Notes under the pieces: generated by a model
What the model was told of the DNA's origin: nothing
Seen by the model: the letters and a program-made list of their open reading frames with translations, nothing else
Databases searched by the model: none
Made by a program: the position numbers and the translations under genes
Source: the human T2T-CHM13v2.0 reference genome, Homo sapiens
Reading direction: 5' to 3' (one strand)
DNA: 64,000 bases
Assembly: GCF_009914755.1 (NCBI RefSeq)
Contig: NC_060935.1
Shown: positions 24,702 through 41,720 of the stretch, piece after piece
Layout: each line of letters begins with the position of its first letter
Position numbering within the stretch: position 1 is the first letter of the stretch

Positions 24702-25890
24702 GACTGTTGTTGGTGTATAGTAATATTAGTCATTTTTGCACATTGATTTTGTATCCTTCAGAGTTCGATGGAGTTCTTGATAAGAACTTAAGGAGCTTTT
24801 GGCTGAGACTATGGGGATTTCTAGATATAGGATCATATTGTTTGCAAACAGGAATAGTGTGACTTCCTCTCTTCCTATTTAGATGCCCTTTCTTTTTTCT
24901 ATGGCCTGATTTCCCTGGCCAGGATTTCCAATACTATGTTGAATAGGAGTGGTGAGAGAGGGCTTCCTTGCCTTGTTCTGGTTTTCAAGGGAAATGCTTC
25001 CAGCTTTTGCCTGTTGAATATGATGTTGACTGGGGGTTTGTCACAGATGGTATTTTCAGGTATTTTCCTTCAATATATGCTTTACTGACAGTTTTTAACA
25101 TTAAAGGGTGTCAGATTTTATCAAAATTTGTTTCTGAACCTTTTGCGATAATTATGTGGTTTTCGTCTTTAGTTTTGTTTATGTAATGAATTCCATTTAT
25201 TATTAATTTGTGTAGGTTGAACCAACCTTACATCCCAGGTAAAATGCCTATTTGATTGTGGTGGATAAGCTTTTTGATGAGCTGCTGGATTCAGTGTGCC
25301 CGTATTTTGTTGAGGATTTTTGCATCAATATTCATCAAGGATAATGGCCTGAAGTTTTCCTTTTTTGTTTTTTTTTTTGTTGTTGTTGTTTGTTTTTGTA
25401 CCTCTACCAGGTTTTGTTATCAGTATGATGCTGGCCTCATAGACTGAGTTAGGATAGAATCCCTCCTCCTCAAACTTTTGGCATAGTTTCAGTTGGAATA
25501 GTACCAGCTCTTCTTTATGCATCTAGCAGAATTCAGCTATCAATCCACCGAGTCCTGGGCTTTTTTTGATTGGTAAGCTATTTATTGCTGCCTCAATTTC
25601 AGAGCTCATTATTGGTCTGCTCAGAGTTTCAGCTTTTTCCTGGCTCAGTCTTGGGAGGGAGCATTTGTCCAGGAATTATGCATTTCTTCTAGATTTTCTA
25701 GTGTATGTGCATAGAGGTGTTCCTGATATTCTCTAATGGGTATTTGTATTTCTTTGTGATCAATGATAATATCCCCCTTGTCATTTCTGATTGTTATTTG
25801 AATCTTCTCTTTTCTTCTTTATTATTCTAGCTCGTGATCTATTTTATTAATTTTTTTTCAAAAACCAGTTCTTGAATTCTTTGATCTTTA
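24702..25890 (-). mobile_element. Older L1PA ORF2 internal fragment, truncated at both ends
   Basis: ORF 25325..25522 KEELV...[12 protein letters not shown]; antisense RT-region motifs. Confidence 0.9.
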
Positions 25891-26020
25891 AATTTATTTT
25901 AGAAGTTGTCACTGGAAATTTTAATTTTAACCATAGCAGTCCATTCATGTAACATGAAGACATCTATCCTTTGCATGTTTACTTATGATCTCTATATTGT
26001 AATCACATATTACATTTAAA

Positions 26021-27009
<989 letters not shown>

Positions 27010-28169
27010 TAAATTTTATTAATTTTTTTCTACAGTGAAGCAACTATGAGTCTATATTGCTTAGAATAATGATTAAATCACTGTTGAATGTACTTGCCTA
27101 TATTTTGTTGTAAAATATAAATGTAAGATATATAAAAGTATATTAAGCCTTATATATTAACATGGCATACACTCATCAGTAAACATTCATTTTATGATCC
27201 TTACAGAGTTCAAATGCAAATAGTTTATTATTAGTGTTTAAAATTAATGCATAGCAAATGCATGTGAAGTTCAAGTCAAAAGTCATAACTGCACAGCATT
27301 ATGGGAAAAGTTTAAAGATGAATTAGAGTAGACTGTATGGTATAAATGAATATTTGCACTATTTCAAAGTCTGCTTTCAAAAGCCATATTTATTAGAGGA
27401 TTTTTTTCTACTATATTTTCCTCTTCAATAACTTTTTAAAATCTCACAAAGTGGTAGTATTTATTGTAAAATAAAAATACAACTGAAAGAAGCACACATG
27501 CAGGTAAATCTATAGCAGTAATACACAAGATGGCAAGTTCAGTTTTTTTCTCGTGTCTAACAGATTTCCAAAAAAGTGTTTTTCAATACATCTAAAATGA
27601 CTGCTTACCTGTCTTGCACGAATGTCTTCTGCATCAAAAGTCACAGGTCAGTTTGCAAATAGTTGAAACTTACATCACATCAGAAAGTAAAGTGAAATGA
27701 CTGCATGCTACAAAAACTAAAGTTGACTTCTTCTACTTTAGTCAACACCATTCTAAAAGAAACTAAATAAGCAGTGATAGTAAAACTGGTATAATGACAT
27801 ATGATTGTGGAAGGAGTGTGAGAGAGACAGGACTAGGGAGAAAATGACAAATTAATCTTTTATCCCATCAGTTAGTTATACACTTTAGAGTGTCAGTAAG
27901 ACAATTCCAAAGTCCTGGGGAATCTTCTGGATCTTTACAGAAAGATACCTCTATGACTGGTGTGTTTTGATGTTAGTGTGTGGTGTGTGTGTGGTTAATC
28001 TTCCATTCATGTAATCATTCCTTGAATACATTTCTTGAGCAGCTCCCTTCTGTCCTGTTTTTGTACCAGGCTCATATCACCTTTATAACACCCATTGTAA
28101 AAGTGAGATAGAGTCTGTTGTGAAAGACAAATTTGTCAAATTTAATACCAGTTACTCTTTATTTCACCT

Positions 28170-28843
28170 TTTATTATGATTATTATTAGAGAGGGTGTAT
28201 TAGGGTTCTCTAGAGGGAGAAACCTAATAGAATATATGTATATATGAAGAAGAGTTTATTAGGATAATTGACTCATATGATCAAAAGGTAAAGGTCCCAT
28301 AATAAGTCATCTGCAAGCTAAGGAGCAAGGTAGCCAGTCTGAGTCCCAAAACCTCAAAAGTAGGGAAGCCAACAGTGCAGCCTTCAGTCTGTCGCCGAAG
28401 GCTCAAGAGCCCCTGGCAAACCATCGTGTAGGTACAAGAGTCCAGGAGCAGTCTAATGTTCGAGGGCAGGAAGCATCCAACACAGAAGAAGGATGGAGGC
28501 CAGAAAAGTTAGCACATCTGCTCTTTCCATGCCTGCTTTTATGCTGGCAGCTGATTAAATGGTGCCCACCCAGACTGAGGGTGGGTCTGCCTCTCTCAGT
28601 CCGCTGACTTAAATGTTAATCTCCTTTGGCAACACCCTGACAGACACACTCAGGAACAATACTTTGCATCCTTCAATTTAATCAAGTTGACACTCAATAT
28701 TAAACATCACAGAGGGTATCTCACTGTATCACCCAGGCTGGAATGGGTATACAATCATAGCTCACTACAGCCTCCAAATCCTATCTCAAGCAATCCACCC
28801 ACCTCAGCCTCCTGAGGAGATAGGGTTACAGGTGTGCCAGGCT
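28170..28843 (-). mobile_element. Alu monomer (FLAM/AluJ arm) split by MLT2A
   Basis: T-rich tail at 28170-28190; body TCTCACTGTATCACCCAGGCTGGA...CCTCAGCCTCCTGAG at 28717-28843. Confidence 0.8.
28196..28711 (-). mobile_element. MLT2A (MLT2A2-like) HERV-L solo LTR
   Basis: Minus strand TGTGATGTTTAATATTGAGTGTCAACTTGAT...GAGAACCCTAATACA; exact 5-bp TSD GAGGG (28191-28195, 28712-28716). Confidence 0.92.
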
Positions 28844-29644
28844 TTACCTTTAACTGTAGCAAAATTGATAGTCTCAATCCGAAGTTGTTTTTAGAAATAA
28901 ATATAATTGCTTCATAAATAGAGCAAAGTTGTAAAATGTAAAGACATGCTTTGCATGTTTTTGTTTTCTTACCCAACTTGCTCATCAAAATCAGTCTATT
29001 GTTAATGCAAGCTTCCTGCCAGGTCACTTTTTCTGCAATCTCTGACATCTTCTTCAAGCTCTCTGCCGGTTTTTACCTAAACTTGTGCGCCTATGCAGTT
29101 TGCTCATATGGCAGATGTCAAGGATTATGTTAGTCTAATTGGTCAAAGTTATTTTTCTCTGAAAAAGCCTCTCAAGTCAGACTAGGCAGGATCTCTGGGA
29201 GGTCAATCCCACTGCAATTCTATCTTAATCAGAACAATAATTAATTTTAGTAAGTTTTTGGCCATTCACAGTTGTTTTATTCCTTCATGCTGCACCTAAT
29301 TCAAACACTGAGTGAAAGCACTTGTTGACGTTGTCAGAGAGGGGTTACTTGTAGTTTCTGTGATATGGAGAAGTATTACAAAGTATTTAATGAAATGATT
29401 GGGAGAACTGTTATTCCTTCTCATAAGTCCCATCTTCTAATCAAAGGCTCTCCTACATGATAAATAGACCCTTTAATCCCTGGTTCTATCTATATCTGCA
29501 TATCTATAAGTTTCTACATAGATTTTGTATATTATAACTGCATGTACATGGATTTTTTAAATATTAGGGATAAGTACCTTTTTAGTTGTACAATTTTCAT
29601 CTAAGAAGTAATGTGTCTTTTCCAGAATTAATATGTCACAGATA

Positions 29645-29795
29645 TGTTGAGAGTCAGAGATTCAATCTGGATTTTCTGGCATGAGCTGTGGGATCCTGGA
29701 GAAGTCATTTCTCTATTTTGGCCTTCCTCAGTTTCCTAGATGGTCAGATGAGGGAACTAGACTTGGTTAATCTAAAAAATTCCTTCTAAATTTAC
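29645..29795 (+). mobile_element. MIR
   Basis: GAAGTCATTTCTCT...CCTCAGTTTCCT...AGATGAGGGAACTAGAC. Confidence 0.6.
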
Positions 29796-30076
29796 TCTTC
29801 ACTAAACCATAAAAAATGATTTTGAAATTTCTTATTTTATTATTTTTATTTTTATTTTTTAAATTTATTATTATTATACTTTAAGTTTTAGGGTACATGT
29901 GCACAATGTGCAGGTTAGTTACATAAGTATACATGTGCCATGCTGGTGCGCTGCACCCACTAACTCGTCATCTAGCATTACGTATATCTCCCAATGCTAT
30001 CCCTCCCCCCACCCCCACCCCACAACAGTCCCCAGAGTATGATGTTCCCCTTCCTGTGTCCATGTGTTCTCATTGT

Positions 30077-33898
<3,822 letters not shown>

Positions 33899-33961
33899 TA
33901 TGATGTTAGCTGGTTATTTTGCTCATTAGTTGATGCAGTTTCTTCCTAGTCTCGATGGTCT

Positions 33962-34971
33962 TTACATTTCGGCATGATTTTGCAGCGGCTGGTATCGGTT
34001 GTTCCTTTCCATGTTTAGTGCTTCCTTCAGGTTCTCTTTTAGGGCAGGCCTGGTGGTAACAGAATCTCTCAGCATTTGCTTGTCTGTAAAGTATTTTATT
34101 TCTCCTTCACATATGAAGCTTAGTTTGGCTGGATATGAAATTCTGGGTTGAAAATTCTTTTCTTTAAGAATGTTGAATATTGGCCCCTACTCTCTTCTGG
34201 CTTGTAGAGTTTCTGCTGAGAGATCTGCTTTTAGTCTGATGGGTTTCCCTTTGAGGGTAACCCGACCTTTGGCTGCCCTTAACATTTTTTCCTTCATTTC
34301 AACTTTGGTGAATCTGACAATTATGTGTCTTGGAGTTGCTCTACTCAAGGAGTATCTTTGTGGCATTCTGTGTATTTCCTGAATCTGAATGTTGGCCTGC
34401 CTTGCTAGATTGGGGAAGTTCTCCTGGATAATATCCTGCAGAGTGTTTTCCAACTTGGTTCCATTCTCCCCATCACTTTCAGGTACACCAGTCAGACGTA
34501 GATTTGGTCTTTTCACATAGTCCCATATTTCTTGGAGGCTTTGCTCGTTTCTTTTTATTCTTTTTTCTCTAAACTTCCCTTCTCACTTTATTTCATTCAT
34601 TTCATCTTCCATCGCTGATACCCTTTCTTCCAGTTGATCGAATTTCCTACTGAAGCTTCTGCATTCTTCACGTAGTTCTCGAGCCTTGGTTTTCAGCTCC
34701 ATCGGCTCCTTTAAGCACTTCTCTGTATTGGTTATTCTAGTTATACATTCTTCTAAATTTTCTTCAAAGTTTTCAACGTCTTTGCCTTTGGTTTGAATTT
34801 CCTCCCAGAGCTCGGAGTAATTTGATCGTCTGAAGCCTTCTTCTCTGAGGTCGTCAAAGTCATTCTCCGTCCAGCTTTGTTCGTTGCTGGTTAGGAACTG
34901 CGTTCCTTTGAAGGAGGAGAGGCACTCTGCTTTTTAGAGTTTCCAGTTTTTCTGCTCTGTTTTTTCCCCAT
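33962..34971 (-). pseudogene. L1 ORF1, disrupted
   Basis: ATGGGGAAAAAACAG start; only a 109-aa fragment (KRPNLRL...ENFPNLARQ) is open in the track. Confidence 0.92.
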
Positions 34972-35426
34972 CTTTGTGGTTTTATCTACTTTTGGTCTTT
35001 GATGATGGTGATGTACAGATGGGTTTTTGGTGTGGATGTCCTTTCTGTTTGTTAGTTTTCCTTCTAACAGACAGGACCCTCAGCTGCAGGTCTGTTGGAG
35101 TACCCGGCCCTGTGAGGTGTCAGTCTGCCCCTGCTGGGTGGTGCCTCCCAGTTAGGCTGCTCTGTGGTCAGGGGTCAGGGACCCACTTGAGGAGGCAGTC
35201 TGCCTGTTCTCACATCTCCAGCTGTGTGCTGGGAGAACCACTGCTCTCTTTAAAGCTGTCAGAGGGGGACATTTAAGTCTGCAGAGGTTACTGCTGTCTT
35301 TTTGTTTATCTGTGCCCTGCCCTTAGAGGTGGAGCCTACAGAGGCAGGCAGGCCTCCTTGAGCTGTGGTGGGCTCCCCCCAGTTCGTGCTTCCTGGCTGC
35401 TTTGTTTACCTAATCAAGCCTGGGCA

Positions 35427-35681
35427 ATGGTGGGCGCCCCTCCCCCAGCCTCGCTGCTGCCTTGCAGTTTGATCTCAGACTGCTGTGCTAGCAATCAGCG
35501 AGACTCCCTGGGTGTAGGACCATCCGAGCCATTTGTGGGATATAATCTCGTGGTGCGCTGTTTTTTAAGCCTGTGGGAAAAGCGCAGTATTCGGGTGGGA
35601 GTGACCCAATTCTCCTGGTGCTGTCTGTCACCCCTTTCTTTGACTAGGAAAGGGAACTCCCTGGCCCCTTGTGCTTCCTGA
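35427..35681 (+). CDS. ORF0: L1 antisense ORF0 (84 codons, open)
   Basis: MVGAPPPASLLPCSLISDCCASNQRDSLGVGPSEP... within ORF 35358..35681; ATG in GGCAATGG context; expression unknown. Confidence 0.7.
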   Translation: MVGAPPPASLLPCSLISDCCASNQRDSLGVGPSEPFVGYNLVVRCFLSLWEKRSIRVGVTQFSWCCLSPLSLTRKGNSLAPCAS

Positions 35682-35854
35682 GTGAGTCAATGCGTCGCCC
35701 TGCTTCGGCTCGCGCACGGTGCGCGCACCCACTGACATGCGCCCACTGTCTGGCACTCCCTAGTGAGATGAACCCGGTACCTCAGATGGAAATGCAGAAA
35801 TCACCCGTCTTCTGTGTCGCTCACGCTGGGAGCTGTAAACCGGAGCTGTTCCTA

Positions 35855-35870
35855 TTCAGCCATCTTGGCT
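35855..35870 (-). promoter_or_regulatory. YY1 site of the L1 internal promoter
   Basis: CCAAGATGGCTGAA: AAGATGGC core intact, adjacent CpG decayed. Confidence 0.75.
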
Positions 35871-36609
35871 CCTCCCCCTCGAAATTTCTTATGTTTAACA
35901 AAATTCTATAAGGAAAGATGGTGAGAAGAATAAGTCCCTCAGAGAAATAATAAGATACACTAATCTGTAGTAGTTCTATTATCTATTATCCTAAGAATCT
36001 CTGCTTAACTATCATTTTTAAATAATATTACTTTGATGCCTGTTTAATTAAAACATATAATTTAGAGTAATTGAAATAAAATTTTATCTATAAAAAAACT
36101 AAATTACCTCTTTCTGGGAAACTTTAATGCAGGTAGATAGTATCCTCTTAGTCTTGGTCAAAGGAAAGAACCTTAGTATAAAGAAAGATGATGTTTAGGA
36201 GAATTTTGTACGCATAGTCTGCAGCAGTCACAATGCTGATAGAAAATAGAGAGCACACTTAAATATTTTAGCCAAAGAGAATTTAATGAAGAGTTAGTTG
36301 CAGCAGCTAAAATATCTAACAAGTAATATGAAGCCTCTAGGGTCTGGCGACATCAAGAAGTTGTTACCACATTTAGATAGAAAAGAACGAGAGGAACTAA
36401 TAATTACTGAAGTTTAATGAGCTTGGAGAGAGCATAAAGCAATTTTAAAAAATGAGCCACCCTATAAAAGCTTTTACCTAGAATTTGGTAGAACCACCAC
36501 TGTGTTTCTTAGTGGAAATGTTCCTAGCTTGACCAGTAGGCCTCCATATCCACTGACTGAAAAATAAAAGGAGTAGGAAACAAAATATATTTAGAAGAGA
36601 GACTTTGAA

Positions 36610-37214
36610 ATATCTTGTTGTTATTGTATTGCTGTGTGCTTTTCTCTTCTGAAGTGTCAATGTTTGCCTTATATGTTTAAATGCTTTTATGTTGGGTGCT
36701 TATATATTTATAATTGCTATGTCGTCCTGTTGAATTACCCTATTTATCTTTATGCAGTGACCTTCTTTGTTCTTATGATAGTTTTGGATTTAGAGTCAGC
36801 TTTTCGCCCCGGTCTGTTTTGGTCATTATTTGCATTAAATAACTTTCTCCAATTCTTTACTTTCAGCCTATGATTGTCCTTAAAATCTAAACTGAGTCTG
36901 TAGTGGACAGTATATTCTTTAGTTGTTGTTGTTTTTCATTTAGCCACCCTATGTCATTTAATTGGGGAATTTATTCCATTACATTTCAAGTAATTATTTG
37001 TAGTTAAAAAATTGCTATTGCTATTTTGTTAATTACTTTCTGTTTATTTTGTAGTTTTCTTGTCCATCTCTTGCTAATTTTGTTGTGGTTTGATTTACTT
37101 TGGTAGTGTTTTTTTTATCTTTTCCCTTTATCTTTCATGTATCTACTGTAGATTTTTCTTCGTGATTATCATGAGGCTTGTGTAAACATTTTCTAGCTAT
37201 ACAAGTCTTTTTAA
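36610..37214 (-). mobile_element. Old L1M fragment (ORF2 start / inter-ORF region)
   Basis: GTTGGGTGCTTATATATTTATAATTG...TTAATTGGGGAATTTATTCCATTACATTTCAAG. Confidence 0.75.
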
Positions 37215-37242
37215 CTCTTTTCCCATTGGCCCCAAGAATACT
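37215..37242 (+). mobile_element. MER75 (piggyBac MITE) terminal fragment
   Basis: TTAA + CTCTTTTCCCATTGGCCCCAAGAATACT resembles the recalled MER75 end CCCTTTTCCCGTTTGCCCCGAGAATACT. Confidence 0.6.
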
Positions 37243-37314
37243 GCTCCCCCTACTTCAAATGCAAGTCCCTGGTTGGGACCTGAAATTGTAGGTGTGGGAC
37301 ATGATGGTGGGCCC

Positions 37315-40300
37315 ATTTAAGTCTTTAATTAATTTGAGTTAATTTTTGTGTATGATGAGAGATAGGGGTCCAGCTTCATTCATCTTCGTATGAATAGCCA
37401 ATTATTACAATATCATTTACTGAATAGAGAGTACCTTCTGAAATTGTTTTTGTCAATTTTGTTGAAAATCAGATATATGTAGGTGTGTAGCTTTATTTCT
37501 GGGTTCTGTGTTCTGTTTCCTTGGTCTATGTGTCTGTTTTTGTACCAGTACCATGCTGCTTTGGTTACTGTAGCCGTATATTACAGCTTGTAGTTGGGTA
37601 ATGTGATGCCTCTGGCTTTGTTCCTGTTGCTTAGGATTGCTTTGGCTATTCAGACTTTTTAATGGTTCTAGATACATTTTAAATAGTTTTTTTCCAATTC
37701 TGTGAAAAATTACATTGGTAGTTTGATGGGAATTGCATATTATCTGTAGATTACTTTGGACAGTATGGCCATTTTAACAATATTGATTATTCTATCCCAT
37801 AAGTATGGAATTTTTTTTATTTGTTTATATCATATATGATTTCTTTCAGCATTGTTTTGTAGTTATTATAGAGATCTTTCACTTTCTTGGTTAGATGTGT
37901 TCCCAGGTATTTTATTTTTTGTGGATGATGTATAAATGGCATTGTGTTGTTGATTTGGCTTTCAGCTTGAATATTATTGGTGTATAAAAATATTACTGAT
38001 GTTTGTACATTGATTATGTATCCTAAAACTTTATTAAAGTTTGTTATAAGTTCTAGGAGCCTTTTGGCAAAATCTTTAAGTGTTATGTTTTCTTTTCTAG
38101 AGAATAATGTAATCAGTGAAAAGAGATAATTTGTCTTATTTTCCTATTTGGAGGCCTCTTATTTCTTTTGTCTGATTGACCTGGGTATGACTTGTAGTAC
38201 TATATTGAATAGGAGTGGTGAAAATGGGGATCCTTGTCTTATGTTCTTAAGGGGAATCTTCCAGCTTTTACCTATTCACTACTATGTTGGTTATGGGTGT
38301 GTCATAGATGGATTTCATTATTTTGAGGTATGTTCCTTGAATGCTTAATCTGTGGAGGGTTTTCATCATGAAGGGATTTGGGATATTATTGAAAGCTTTA
38401 TCTACATCTATTGAGATGATCATATGATTTTTGTTTTTAATTTTGTTTATATTGTGAATTACATTTATTGATTTGTATATATTGAACAAAACTTGCCTCC
38501 CAGGAATAAAACTCACTTGATCATAGTGAATTAACTTCTTGATGTGCTCCTAAATCTGGTTTGCTCGCATTTTCTTAAGCAGTTTTTCATCCTTGTTCAT
38601 CAGGGATATTGGCCAGTAGTTTTCGTTTTTTCACTTTGTCATTACTAGATTTTAATGTCAGAATGATGCTGATTTTGCAGAATGAATTAGGGAGGTGACC
38701 CTCGTTCTCAATTTCAGAATAGTTTCAGTAGGATTGGTACAAGCTATCGTTTGTACGTCTGGTATAATTTAGCTATGAATCTATCTGGTCTGGGCTTTCT
38801 TCGGTTAGTAGGTTTTTAAATTCTGATTCAATTGTGGGATTCATTATTGGTCTTTTCAGGATTTCAATTTCTTCCTGATTCAATCTTAGGAGGTTGTGTG
38901 TTTTCAAGAATTTATCCATTTCCTCTATATTTTCTAGTTTCTTGGCATACAGGTGTTCATAGTAACGTCTAAGTATATTTTGTATTCCTATGGGATGAGT
39001 TGTAATGTCATCTTTTTCATTTCTGATTATGCATATTTAGATCTCTCTTTTTTTCTATGTTAGTTTCACTCGTGGTCTATCATGTTTATCCTTCGGAAAA
39101 AAACATTTTCATTTTGTTCACCTTTTTATGGATTTGTGGGTCTCAATTTTGTTTTAGCTCTGCGAGGATTGTAGTTATTTCTTGTCTTCTGCTAGCTTTT
39201 GGTTTAGTTTGTTCTTGTTTTGCTAGTTACTCTAGGTACAATATTAATTTTTAATTTGAGATATTTCTAACTTCTTGATGTAGGTGTTCGGTGCTATAAA
39301 TTTCTTGTTAATACTCCTTTTGCTTCATCCACAAGATTTGGTTTGTTGTCTCTTATATCAAAGAATATTTTTATTTCTGCCCTAATTTCATTGTTTACCC
39401 AAAAGTCATTCAGAAATAAATTGGTTAGTTTCCATATAATTGTATGTTTTTGAGATATCCTCTTGAAGGATATCTCATGGTATTGATTTCTAATTTAATT
39501 CCACTGTGGTCTGAAAATATGCTTGATACACCTTTTATAGTTTTGAATTTATCGAGGCTTGCTTTATTTCCAAGCATGTGGTCAATCTTAAAGTATGCTT
39601 TATGTGCAAATGAGAGGAATGTGTATTCTGTGGTTGTTGGGTGAACTATCCCATAGATATCTATTACATCCAACTGGTAAAATGTCAGATTTCAGTCCAG
39701 AATTTCTTGGTTAGTTTTCTTCTTCAGTGGTCTATCTAATGGTGCCAGTGGGGTATTGAAGTCATCCACTATTATTGTGTGGCTGTCTAAGTCTTTTTGT
39801 AGGTCTAGAAGTACTTGTATAATGAATTTGTGTATTCCAGTGTTGGCTGAACATATATTTGGGACAGTTAAGGCCTTCTTGTTGACTTGAACCCTTTTTC
39901 ATCATATAATGCCCTTCTTTGGATGTTTTTACTGTTATTGGTTAAAAGTCTGCATTCTCTGATATAAGAATAGCCACCTGTACCCCATTTTGTCTTCTGT
40001 CTATGTGATAGATTTTCTTGCTCTCTTTGCCTTGAGCCTATGGGTGTTGTTATATGTGAGATGGGTCTCCTGAAGATTGCAAAAGGTTGGGTCTTGTTAT
40101 TTTATCCAACTTGCCTCTCTGTGCCTTTTAAGTGAAATGTTCAGAACATTTACATTAAAGGTTAATATTGATATGTTAGGTTTTAATCCTGGTGTGGTAT
40201 TGCTAGCTGGTTGCTTTGTAGTCTTGATTGTATTTGCTTTATAAGGTCTGTGGGTTGTATAATTATGTATACATGTTTCTATGCTAGCAGGCATTGTTCT

Positions 40301-40370
40301 TTTGTTTATGTGTTTATTGCTCCCTTAAGTATCTCTTGCAAGGCTTGTTTAATGGTAATAAATACCCTCT
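37315..40370 (-). mobile_element. L1PB/L1MA ORF1-end to ORF2 fragment, lacking its 3' end
   Basis: ORFs 38268..38516 ([11 protein letters not shown]) and 39425..39673 ([11 protein letters not shown]). Confidence 0.9.
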
Positions 40371-40414
40371 GGCTTTGATGAAACTGAATTCAAATTTGGA
40401 CTCTAGAGGGTACT

Positions 40415-40640
40415 GAATGTAACCCAGAATTGGCCAATCTGACCTCCATTTCCACAGCAGCAATCACATTTTCAGTGATTGATCCTGACCCAAACCAGGC
40501 CAATAGAATTAATCTTAGGACTTTGGCTAAGATTATTGGGAAGGCAAGTCTTCTTTCTGCTGAGATTTTGGATGCAGTAGAATTTCATCTTACGGCTGGT
40601 GAACATTTTTGTTAGTCAAACAAAGTCTGACTTAGAAAGA
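40415..40640. mobile_element. Old ERVL-type LTR fragment (LTR33/LTR16-like)
   Basis: TGACCCAAACCAGGCCAATAGAATT...GGACTTTGGCT motif typical of this group. Confidence 0.45.
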
Positions 40641-41529
40641 AATTTTCCAACAAAAAGGAAAATTATGTGGAGAGAAATGATTTACAAATAATAATAAATG
40701 TAAAATATTATTTGTTTTAAATTTCCTATAACAAATCAATTTCTCCATAATGCCTTTGTTAATTTTTCTACCCTTTTATATTATAACCAAACTATGGTTA
40801 TAATTAAAAAACAAACATAATTTTGACATTTATTGACTGAACTTTTCAGTTGTATTAATGTACAAAATGAAAAGGAAACAAGAAAGACATGCAAAATCTT
40901 TATTTGTTCATCACAGATACAAATGAGTTTTACTGAATTACATGAAATATTGAATGCTAGAAGACTATTTCCTCAATTTTTGTGTTATCCCTATGTAATA
41001 GCTAATGACAGTGCACTTTTAGTTTAATTTACACTTTATACTTTTCCTGTCAGTAGACACAATCAATAGAATCAAGCTCTAACTTGTAACATTTACCAAT
41101 TTACTATTTTATAAATTTGTAAATTTTCACAATGGCCTATTTTAACCTACTAATATGATATTACTGAACATTGTACACTGGAAGAGAGCTGTATTTTCAC
41201 CTTATATATACAATAAAGTTATTTCAATTGTACTGATTATATTAAACTTAGTAATATAATTAGGAAATTTAGAATTTCTGAGTATGTATTATCTTTATTT
41301 TTTAAATATACACTTAAATGTATATTTAAGTGTAAATTTAGACATATATTTTAAAATAATGGCTATGCTAATAAATTTAACAATTTTAAAAATCCCCTAA
41401 ATTTAATAATTTTCATACTAGACGTCTTTTTAGAGTTACAGTTTCTAGACTTTACAGTAGTTACTTTTGAGTAGCAAATGAGATAAATTAAAAAGAAAAT
41501 TATAATTTAATTTCAATGAAAAGGAAAAG

Positions 41530-41720
41530 TCCATTTGGTACCAGTAAATTAATGATGGTACTTAATCTCTTTTCATATCAGTTTCCTTATATGTAAAATA
41601 AAATTTATAAAGTTATCCTCTTTATGAGAATACTTGCAGAATTAAATCAGGATCATGAAATTTTTTAACATAGTTCATTGATATAAACATCGAACTGTCT
41701 ATCATTATCATTACTGTAAT
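41530..41720 (+). mobile_element. MIR
   Basis: ACTTAATCTCT...TCAGTTTCCTTATATGTAAAAT. Confidence 0.6.
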
